Source of the DNA: Patescibacteria group bacterium | Lineage (GTDB): Bacteria > Patescibacteriota > Minisyncoccia > Phycocordibacterales > UBA918 | NCBI GenBank assembly: GCA_019752815.1 | Contig: JAIELQ010000015.1 | Span: forward strand, 1-53,286 | DNA: 53,286 nt | Direction of reading: 5' to 3' | Shown: positions 21,634-29,511 of the stretch, piece after piece | How the letters are laid out: each line of letters begins with the position of its first letter | Position numbering within the stretch: position 1 is the first letter of the stretch | Translations under genes and position numbers: made by a program | Notes under the pieces: model-generated | What the model was told of the DNA's origin: nothing | Seen by the model: only the letters and a program-made list of their open reading frames with translations | The model's database searches: none

Positions 21634-22257
21634 ATGCTATACCCGTTTCAACATATTTTTGATTTTATTTTTCCACCAACAGATCATGAACTTTTATTGC
21701 GTACGGTTACCCCACAAAGATTTATCACGTGGTATCGACCGAACACCAGTCACACCATAGTCTATCTTAGTGAGTATCATCTCACCGAAGTACAAGCAGC
21801 AATCGCCGCCTGCAAATTTGAACATAATTATCATGCCGCCAAATTACTCGGAGCTTTGGTTCATACTCACCTACTAACACTCCCAAAGAAAAAGACGTTA
21901 CTGATTCCCACCCCCCTTAGTGTAAAGCGACAGCGAAAACGGATGTTTAATCAAGTCGAACGGGTTCTACACGCTGTTGGCACATTGCCGTTCCACACTC
22001 AGATTAATACCAATTTACTAACTCGTACCATTCATACCGCCCCACAAACGTCTCTCTCGCGTACAGCGCGCTTAACAAACATACGAGGAGCATTTGCAGT
22101 TACTGAGAAAAATCTAAACTGTTTGCATGGCATTGAGAGAATCATTATTTGTGACGATGTACTGACTACTGGAGCAACACTCGTGGCGGCAAAGGAGACA
22201 CTCCTACCGTATATTTCAAATAAAATTGAGGTTATTTGTATGTCGTGGACACATTAG
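21634..22257 (+). CDS. comF: ComF-family phosphoribosyltransferase-fold competence protein
   Basis: KF, P.PLS..R...R.FNQ, Q....R..R..N..GAF, DDVLTTGAT. Confidence 0.88.
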   Translation: MLYPFQHIFDFIFPPTDHELLLRTVTPQRFITWYRPNTSHTIVYLSEYHLTEVQAAIAACKFEHNYHAAKLLGALVHTHLLTLPKKKTLLIPTPLSVKRQRKRMFNQVERVLHAVGTLPFHTQINTNLLTRTIHTAPQTSLSRTARLTNIRGAFAVTEKNLNCLHGIERIIICDDVLTTGATLVAAKETLLPYISNKIEVICMSWTH

Positions 22258-22259
22258 GT

Positions 22260-22483
22260 GGAAGATGTGAGATTCGGTCACCAGTCACTAACTATAATTT
22301 ATCGCTAAGCTCAAATTCTAGTAAGTACTGTCGACCCGAGAAACAGTGTCTATACACTGTTTCTCCGTCTGTCGCTAAAGCGACATGACTCCGACCTTCG
22401 AATCTCAACGTAAAGCGCGCAGGCGCTTTACTCATCTTCCGCCCAATAAAATAACCGCCTTTAAGGGCGGTATTTTATACGGG
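22260..22483 (-). repeat. tRNA-Ser(ACU) 3' trailer element
   Basis: Direct copy 22260-22276 = 22485-22501; split inverted copy 22397-22444; hairpins at 22276-22336, 22338-22365, 22370-22385, 22445-22480. Confidence 0.9.
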
Positions 22484-22570
22484 CGGAAGATGTGAGATTC
22501 GAACTCACGGGCCACTTTCGCAGCCGACAGTTTAGTAAACTGTTGATTTAAACCACTCATCCAATCTTCC
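22484..22570 (-). tRNA. trnS: tRNA-Ser with ACU anticodon (class II, long variable arm)
   Basis: GGAAGAT/ATCTTCC acceptor, G73, ACAGT-TTACTAA-ACTGT anticodon arm, GGCTGC-GAAA-GTGGCC variable arm, GTGAG-TTCGAAT-CTCAC T arm. Confidence 0.9.
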
Positions 22571-22688
22571 ATACAGTTCGTTTTACTCACATGGAAGCCG
22601 CTTGCGCGGTTCATTGGAGTCGTGGTCGGTACTTTGTACCAGTACAGTCTGCAACTGTGCAGACTGTACCCATTTCATCCAATCTTCC
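22571..22688 (-). repeat. 5' leader element of tRNA-Ser(ACU) with direct and split inverted copies of the tRNA 5' end
   Basis: 22675-22688 = 22557-22570 (14 nt); GGAAG[15 nt hairpin]ATTGGA at 22593-22618; perfect 12-bp stem 22642-22669. Confidence 0.75.
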
Positions 22689-22783
22689 AGAAGTCACTCT
22701 TCTGTGTTCGACAGTATAGACTAAAGAAGCTTTGTTTTCAAATAATTGTCTGGCATGAGATAATGTGACATCTCACACTCCCT

Positions 22784-24268
22784 ATGCACGCAACTTTAAA
22801 ACAGTATTTCGGCTACGATACCTTTCGTCCACTCCAAGAAGACATCATTAAAAATGTGCTCGAAAAAAAAGATTGTGTGGTACTGATGCCTACCGGCGGA
22901 GGTAAATCGCTTTGTTTTCAATTACCAGCATTACTTCAAGACGGAATTACGATCGTGATTTCACCACTGATTTCATTAATGAAAGATCAAGTAGACGCCC
23001 TATTAGGCGTCGGCATCAATGCCGCTATGATCAATAGCAGTATGACCGCGAGTGAAATTACCACCATTATCGAACAAACCCAAACCGGGTACATTAAAAT
23101 TTTATACATCGCACCAGAACGCCTGGCCCTTAGTTCATTTGAAAGCTTACTGCACACCCTACCAATCAGTTTATTTGCTATTGACGAAGCGCACTGTATT
23201 TCTGAATGGGGGCATGATTTTAGACCGGAGTATCGTAATCTAAAATTCTTACGCAACAAGTTCCCCACTATTCCCATTATTGCCCTTACCGCCACCGCAA
23301 CCGCTAAAGTGCGAGCGGACATTGTCCGCCTACTCGATTTGCCCGCTCCTCAAATTTTTACATCAAGTTTTAATCGTCCAAATCTGAGCTACGAAGTATT
23401 ACCTAAAAAAGATTCCTTTAAAACAATTGTTTCTCTCCTTGATTCATACACACAAGAAAGTGTAATTATTTATTGCTTTTCCCGCAAAGATACCGAGAGT
23501 CTGGCGGAAAAACTAAATAGCTACGGACATAAAGCAGCTACGTACCATGCCGGACTATCAGCCGACCGCAGACGAGAGAATCAAGAGAAATTTATTCGTG
23601 ATGAAGTACATATTATGGTCGCTACCATTGCCTTTGGTATGGGCATTGATAAGCCAGATGTCAGACTAGTCATTCATCACAGTCTCCCTAAATCAGTCGA
23701 GGGTTATTATCAGGAAACAGGTCGGGCTGGTCGCGACGGATTACCGTCACGGTGTGTACTGTTGTATTCAGCGGCCGATAAATTCAAACATGAATTCTTT
23801 ATTCGCCAAATGGCCGAGAGTGACGAGAAAATGCACGTACAAAACAATCTTAATCAATCAGTTGAATATGGCACACTCGCGAGCTGTCGTCGAAAATTTT
23901 TACTCAAATATTTTAACGAAGACTACGAGGTTGCCAACTGTAGTGGCTGTGATCGCTGTGTTGCCCCACCCCCACTTCAATCGGTAAAATCAATCCCCAA
24001 AAACTTCACCAACCCATCACCTCAGTTAGCCGATACCATTAACTACAACACTGATTTGTTTGAAGTTTTGCGGCAAGTACGAACGGCAGAAGCAACCAGA
24101 CTAGGTGTGCCCGCCTATATTGTCTTTGGCGACAAGACGCTGCGCGAACTTGCACTGTATCAACCACAAACTGACGCCGCGTTTCTGCGCATTAATGGCG
24201 TGGGTGAGAAAAAATTAACCCAGTTTGGTGCAGTGTTTATGGAAGCTATTAAAAATTACTCATCGTAA
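22784..24268 (+). CDS. recQ: RecQ DNA helicase (helicase + Zn + HRDC)
   Basis: MPTGGGKSLCFQ, DEAHCISEWGHDFRP, QETGRAGRDG, CRR..LL.YF..C..CDRC, HRDC. Confidence 0.95.
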   Translation: MHATLKQYFGYDTFRPLQEDIIKNVLEKKDCVVLMPTGGGKSLCFQLPALLQDGITIVISPLISLMKDQVDALLGVGINAAMINSSMTASEITTIIEQTQTGYIKILYIAPERLALSSFESLLHTLPISLFAIDEAHCISEWGHDFRPEYRNLKFLRNKFPTIPIIALTATATAKVRADIVRLLDLPAPQIFTSSFNRPNLSYEVLPKKDSFKTIVSLLDSYTQESVIIYCFSRKDTESLAEKLNSYGHKAATYHAGLSADRRRENQEKFIRDEVHIMVATIAFGMGIDKPDVRLVIHHSLPKSVEGYYQETGRAGRDGLPSRCVLLYSAADKFKHEFFIRQMAESDEKMHVQNNLNQSVEYGTLASCRRKFLLKYFNEDYEVANCSGCDRCVAPPPLQSVKSIPKNFTNPSPQLADTINYNTDLFEVLRQVRTAEATRLGVPAYIVFGDKTLRELALYQPQTDAAFLRINGVGEKKLTQFGAVFMEAIKNYSS

Positions 24269-24270
24269 CT

Positions 24271-24483
24271 ATGAAAAAAATTATTCAAAAAACTAATCGG
24301 GCTTTTTCAGTACCATCACTCGATAAAAAATCTGCCAAATCTCGCACCAGCGCCAGTAACCGTTCCTCGTTCGCCATTGAAAACATTTTGTTTACCGAAG
24401 AAGATCTGCTAGAAAAAACCAAAAAAATTAATCCGAAAAAAACTGGTGGACGTACCTTTACCAAAGATGAACCCGGTAACTAA
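24271..24483 (+). CDS. Hypothetical Lys-rich protein (70 aa), doubtful
   Basis: ORF starts 2 nt after the recQ stop and fills the gap to the convergent gene; no motif. Confidence 0.35.
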   Translation: MKKIIQKTNRAFSVPSLDKKSAKSRTSASNRSSFAIENILFTEEDLLEKTKKINPKKTGGRTFTKDEPGN

Positions 24484-24493
24484 CGCATCTTAT

Positions 24494-25414
24494 TTACCGA
24501 CCCACTTCGATCACCACGTTCCCTTTTTTCATGCCACTATCTACATACGTGTGTGCTGCTACCATTTCCTCAAGTGGGTATATTCGATCAATTACCGGTC
24601 GATATTTGCCCGCTTCATACAACTCACGAAGATACTGGAGCTGGGAAACTCTTTCCGCGGCCGTTTCCAACCCCCCGACTGTTTTATAAACACCACCCTC
24701 TTTTAGTAAATGTTTGCACTGCTTTTTGGTTGTTTTGCCTACCGCATCAAATACAATATCGAATTTTTCTGGCAGTTTTGTAAAATCATCCTTTGTATAT
24801 ACAAGAATTGAATCCGCTCCGAGAGAGGTGACTAAATCCACTCCAGCTTCACCACACACTGCCGTCACATTTGCACCATGTGATTTGGCTATTTGCACTG
24901 CTGCCGTACCAACCGCACCAGAAGCACCGTAGATAAGAATCTGTGGTTGCGAACAACTTTTAATTCCGGCCGCTTCCAAAAAATAAATTGCCGTAGCTCC
25001 CCCAAATACAATGGCGGCCGCTTCATTAAACGAAGCATTTTTTGGCTTGAGCTCCATCGTGCTATTTTCTTTTAAGACTGCATATTCAGCGTGTCCACCA
25101 AACCGAAACCCGGTGAGCGCAAACACTTCATCGCCCACCTTCCATTTTGCAACCTTACTCCCTACTGACTCGATTACTCCTGATAGCACCACTCCTAATA
25201 TCGGCTGGCGTGGTTTTCTAAAACCCAACACCATACGCATCACAATACGCAAAAACCCTGGTACTACGAGTCCGCGAGTACGGACATCACCTGAGTTAAC
25301 GGCACTGGCCATTACTTTTATTAAAACTTGAGTATCAGTAATAGTGGGTTTCGGAACATCAACTAGTTTTAAAACCTCAGGACCGCCATAGTTTGTACAA
25401 ATGATTGCTTTCAT
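24494..25414 (-). CDS. MDR-family NAD(P)-dependent oxidoreductase (quinone reductase-like)
   Basis: MKAIICT.YGGPEVL, SAVNSGD, LIYGASGAVG..AVQIAK, PVIDR.YPL; start moved to MKAII. Confidence 0.92.
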   Translation of the reverse strand: MKAIICTNYGGPEVLKLVDVPKPTITDTQVLIKVMASAVNSGDVRTRGLVVPGFLRIVMRMVLGFRKPRQPILGVVLSGVIESVGSKVAKWKVGDEVFALTGFRFGGHAEYAVLKENSTMELKPKNASFNEAAAIVFGGATAIYFLEAAGIKSCSQPQILIYGASGAVGTAAVQIAKSHGANVTAVCGEAGVDLVTSLGADSILVYTKDDFTKLPEKFDIVFDAVGKTTKKQCKHLLKEGGVYKTVGGLETAAERVSQLQYLRELYEAGKYRPVIDRIYPLEEMVAAHTYVDSGMKKGNVVIEVGR

Positions 25415-25443
25415 GTCAAAAAAAATATAGAAATATTGTAGCA

Positions 25444-25619
25444 CGGGCGGAGAAGAGAGGATTCGAAACTTACAGTTTCGGTACACCCTTCATATCGTAC
25501 TCGCTATCGCTCCGTGCGATATATTCAGGGTTTTCGAATCCCTACACAAGAGACGTTTAGTCTCTTGCTCCTTTTCCGCCCAATAAAATAACCGCCCGTA
25601 AGGCGGTATTTTATACGGG
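25444..25619 (-). repeat. tRNA-Ser(GCU) 3' trailer element
   Basis: Decayed direct copy 25444-25467 (20/24 matches); split inverted copy 25533-25581; hairpin 25582-25616. Confidence 0.88.
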
Positions 25620-25706
25620 CGGAAAAGGAGGGATTCGAACCCTCGAGGGATTTTACTCCCTACTTCCTTAGCAAGGAAGGACGATCAACCACTCTGACAC
25701 TTTTCC
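25620..25706 (-). tRNA. trnS: tRNA-Ser(GCU)
   Basis: GGAAAAG/CTTTTCC acceptor, G73, CTTCC-TTGCTAA-GGAAG anticodon arm, long variable arm. Confidence 0.95.
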
Positions 25707-25772
25707 TGTCACTTCAATACTGAAGTAAAATGAGCATACCAGAAAAATCAAAATCTTCAAAAATATGATACG

Positions 25773-27086
25773 ATGCTCGTCATATATATGAACAAACAAA
25801 CTACTTTTTATCATATCCTCGGGAACAACCTGCTCGCGGGTATCACCAACAACCTCGTCTGGTTTGCGCTCACATTCTGGGTCTATATTGAGACACAATC
25901 GGTACTGGCAACGTCCTGGATAGCGGGCACGTTCGCCATTGCGGGGGTATTTGGTGGTTTTATCTTTGGACCGATCGTCGACCGCGAACGAAAAAAGTCA
26001 GCCCTGATACAATCGAGCATCATGTCACTTATTGCCTATAGTATTGGTGCTCTCATTTATTTTTCATACCCAGAAACCACCTGGCAGGAACCATTTTCAC
26101 CAATCTTATGGACACTCATTGTGGTCCTGATGCTGGGAGTGGTAGCAAACAATCTACGGATGATTGCCCAATCAACAATTGTCACTATGCTCTTTGACGA
26201 TAATCGTGACAAGGCCAATGGACTGGTTGGTGCCTCTATGGGTCTTTCATTTGCGATTACCTCAGTTTTTAGTGGGCTCATCATCGGATTTTTCGGGATG
26301 GGAACGGCAATTGTCGTCGCAATAATCGCCACCCTCGTTGCCCTCCTGCACCTTGTATTCATTGCGTTGCCCGAGAAAGAAATTGTGCATTTAGAAGACA
26401 AGCCAAAACGCATCGACATCAAAGGTTCGTATATTCTGGCGGCGGCTGTTCCGGGACTAATCGGTATCATTATTTTTAATACCTTTAATAACTTCCTCGG
26501 TGGGGTCTTTATGGCTCTCATGGACCCCTACGGACTATCGCTCGTATCTGTTCAAACCTGGGGACTCTTGTGGGGAGCAGTGAGTGTAGCCAGTATCGGT
26601 GGGAGTATTTATGTCAGTATGCGTGGTGTGGGTAAACACCCCATGCGACTGATTATGATACTCAATATCGTCATGTGGGCAGTATGTCTCATCTTCCCCC
26701 TGCAACCACTAGTATCGCTACTACTTATTGGAATGCTCACGTGGATGATTTTCTTTCCCGTTATTGAAGCAGCTGAACAAACAGTGATGCAGTCGGTAGT
26801 TCCCTTTGAACAGCAGGGGCGAGTATTCGGTTTTGCCCAAAGCATCGAAAATATGGCCACACCAGTTACCACCTTTATGATTGGACCAATTGCTTCATTC
26901 ATATTTATACCATTTATGACCACCGGAAGTGGCGCTGCCTTAATCGGTAACTGGTTTGGTGCAGGGGCTGACCGAGGAATGGCCCTCGTATTTATCCTCG
27001 CTGGGTTCTTGGGTATCATCGCGACACTGATAGCCTGGGGATCACGTTCATACAAACTGCTATCGGGACACTACCAAAAAGCGTAA
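25773..27086 (+). CDS. MFS transporter (DHA3/macrolide efflux-like)
   Basis: About 12 TM helices, GPIVDR..KK motif A, Q..VP.EQQGRVFG. Confidence 0.9.
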   Translation: MLVIYMNKQTTFYHILGNNLLAGITNNLVWFALTFWVYIETQSVLATSWIAGTFAIAGVFGGFIFGPIVDRERKKSALIQSSIMSLIAYSIGALIYFSYPETTWQEPFSPILWTLIVVLMLGVVANNLRMIAQSTIVTMLFDDNRDKANGLVGASMGLSFAITSVFSGLIIGFFGMGTAIVVAIIATLVALLHLVFIALPEKEIVHLEDKPKRIDIKGSYILAAAVPGLIGIIIFNTFNNFLGGVFMALMDPYGLSLVSVQTWGLLWGAVSVASIGGSIYVSMRGVGKHPMRLIMILNIVMWAVCLIFPLQPLVSLLLIGMLTWMIFFPVIEAAEQTVMQSVVPFEQQGRVFGFAQSIENMATPVTTFMIGPIASFIFIPFMTTGSGAALIGNWFGAGADRGMALVFILAGFLGIIATLIAWGSRSYKLLSGHYQKA

Positions 27087-27152
27087 CTCTCACTACAAAT
27101 CGTGCCAACTTCCTGATTACTCCAAAAGACTTCATAAATTGGATGAGGTTCG

Positions 27153-27218
27153 AGGCGCGGCAAGCGTATAAGAGGAGACGTACTTATTGTACGTTGACGA
27201 ATATAGGCGCTGACGCAA
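27153..27218. repeat. REP-like palindromic element with GTAC core between convergent genes
   Basis: AGGCGCGGCAAG..GAG-ACGTAC-TTATT-GTACGT-TGA..ACGCA, same skeleton as 14227-14301. Confidence 0.6.
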
Positions 27219-27245
27219 CAAAGAAACTCGCCGATTTTGGAGTCT

Positions 27246-28502
27246 TTATCTAATGACGCTGGCTACTGCTTTCACTAATCCCGGAGTCATCACCGGTGGA
27301 ATAACATTTTCAGCTGTTGGATTTTTAACTAAACTGGCAATTTTCTTGGCAGCAGCTAATTTCATATCAACGGTAATGGCTCGGACATTAAGATCAAGCG
27401 CACCCCGGAACACACCCGGGAAAGCGAGCGAGTTATTTACCTGATTAGCATAATCACTACGTCCAGTAGCGACCACTGCTGCCCCAGCCCGTTTAGCATC
27501 TTCGGGCATTATTTCTGGAATCGGGTTGGCAAGCGCAAACACAATTGCGGCGCCCGCCATTTTTTCAATATGAGCGGGGGCAATTGTTCCCGGTCCTGAG
27601 ACACCCACAATTACATCAGCACCTGTCACCACACTCATCACATCGCCCATTAATTTTTCTGGGTTAGTCGTGCTTGCAAGTTCTTTTTTATAGCCTGTGA
27701 GATCCGGACGTCCAGCATAAATTGCGCCTTTGCTGTCGGTCACAATAATCTGACTGATGCCCGCTTTTTGTAACATCAGGGTCACTGCTCGTCCGGCGGC
27801 ACCAGCCCCCACAATCACCACCTTGAGCGATTCAAGTTTTTTACCAACTACTTTGCTCGCATTAATGAGTCCTGCTAACACCACAATCGCTGTCCCGTGC
27901 TGATCATCATGCATCACCGGAATGTCGAGTTCTTTTTTCAAACGTTCTTCGATGATAAAACAATTGGGCGCTGAGATATCTTCGAGATTAACCCCCCCGA
28001 ATGTTGGTGCAATAGCTTTTACAATTTTAATGATCTCTTCTGGGTCTTGGGTATCAAGCACGATTGGAAACGCATCAACCCCCGCCATTTCTTTAAAAAT
28101 GGCACACTTCCCCTCCATGACTGGCAGTGCTGCCAGTGCGCCGAGATTACCCAAACCAAGCACCGCTGAGCCGTCAGAGATTACCGCTACGGTATTTTTC
28201 TTAATAGTATATTCTCGCGCTTCTTTTGGATGCTTTGCAATATAAGAAGACACGGCACCTACACCCGGACTGTACATCGTACTCCAATCATCACGGGTTT
28301 CGAGTTTGCCTTTACTGACCACTGACAATTTCCCTTTAAGTTTTTTATGCAGTGCGAGCGCCAATTTGTTATAGTCTTTTTTCTTAGCGGCTGGTGTCAC
28401 TTTTTTTGCCGGGACTTTAGATAAAGTTTTTTTAGGCACCGCCTTGGTAACTTTTTCTTTTTTTACAACTTTTTTAGCGACTGTTTTTTTCTGATTTGGC
28501 AT
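27246..28502 (-). CDS. NAD(P)-dependent malic enzyme (short bacterial type) with Lys-rich N-terminal tail
   Basis: YSPGVG, DGSAVLGLGNLG, VMEGK, NLEDISAP.CF, HDDQHGTAIV, ALANP.PEI.P. Confidence 0.95.
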   Translation of the reverse strand: MPNQKKTVAKKVVKKEKVTKAVPKKTLSKVPAKKVTPAAKKKDYNKLALALHKKLKGKLSVVSKGKLETRDDWSTMYSPGVGAVSSYIAKHPKEAREYTIKKNTVAVISDGSAVLGLGNLGALAALPVMEGKCAIFKEMAGVDAFPIVLDTQDPEEIIKIVKAIAPTFGGVNLEDISAPNCFIIEERLKKELDIPVMHDDQHGTAIVVLAGLINASKVVGKKLESLKVVIVGAGAAGRAVTLMLQKAGISQIIVTDSKGAIYAGRPDLTGYKKELASTTNPEKLMGDVMSVVTGADVIVGVSGPGTIAPAHIEKMAGAAIVFALANPIPEIMPEDAKRAGAAVVATGRSDYANQVNNSLAFPGVFRGALDLNVRAITVDMKLAAAKKIASLVKNPTAENVIPPVMTPGLVKAVASVIR

Positions 28503-28591
28503 GACAATAAAATTTATACCAAATTATAGCAGATATGAAAAAACTCGCTTAAAGCGAGAATTGGAGTTTACATAAAAATATAAGTCAGGTA

Positions 28592-28621
28592 GCAGTGCAA
28601 AGGTTTTCACCTTTGCACTGC
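28592..28621. terminator. Stable hairpin, likely terminator
   Basis: GCAGTGCAAAGG/CCTTTGCACTGC perfect 12-bp stem. Confidence 0.55.
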
Positions 28622-28969
28622 CGACTGAGACTGGTCTTGCGGACTTACACAGACGTATTCGTCCGCTGCCAATTCATCCACCTCAAAAGCAAGGGTTTCG
28701 GGTGGTGTGAATTGGCAGAAAGAACAGTCGAATACTTCATTCTGTACCTCTTTGAGTGTTTCGTTTCAACGTGGATTTTACTCCACCGATGACCTGGCCA
28801 CGCCCCTTGCGTGCCAAATTTATAGTACGCCTGGTTTTTTAAATTGTCAAAATAATTTAGGTGCAAACTAACATTGGCAAAAGAAAAGACTCGAGTGTCA
28901 TTTCTTTTTTTAAGAAAGACAAACGAGTCTATGAATGGAGGGGCACCGGGGCGCCCCTCCCCTGTATTG

Positions 28970-29365
28970 TCACGACGGCAACGGTTGTGCCGACATGTTG
29001 TTCGGAGTCAGCGCGTGGCCGGCCGAGGTCGCCAGCTTCGAAACGGCATGACTGGCGCGACTCGAGATAGACATGATGAGCGCCCAGACAGCCAGCAGCA
29101 TCACAACAATGGTCGAGGGCGAGCCATGGCGACCCCCAGCGCCCAGGCCATCGGCCCGCGAGACGTGTCCATGTCCGGTCACGCGATGATCAGTGGCGTC
29201 CGCGACGGATGCCAGCATCAGTTTCAGCCTGGGTACGGTGTCTGATGCGACAACCAGCACGATGGCCAGCACTGCGAGCAGAATCGCCAACCCTGGCGAG
29301 AACGCGACGGCGCATAGGGCGGTTGCCCCCAGCGCCCCAACAAGCAGAATCTTCTTCATCGGAAT
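28970..29365 (-). CDS. Hypothetical membrane protein, GC-richer than flanks (start at MKKILL)
   Basis: GGGGA SD-like sequence before ATG, hydrophobic segments, hairpin GGAGGGGC/GCCCCTCC just downstream. Confidence 0.5.
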   Translation of the reverse strand: MPMKKILLVGALGATALCAVAFSPGLAILLAVLAIVLVVASDTVPRLKLMLASVADATDHRVTGHGHVSRADGLGAGGRHGSPSTIVVMLLAVWALIMSISSRASHAVSKLATSAGHALTPNNMSAQPLPS

Positions 29366-29511
29366 AATCCCCCTCAAGAACATGGACCGCATCATCGCGA
29401 CCAATCCTGTAAATATATAAAAAAGTCTTTTGCTTGTAAAGCAGCCAGAACGAAAAAGACCACCACGCCAATACAGCAGCCGTACTGTATAATCTATATA
29501 CCTCTACCGTT

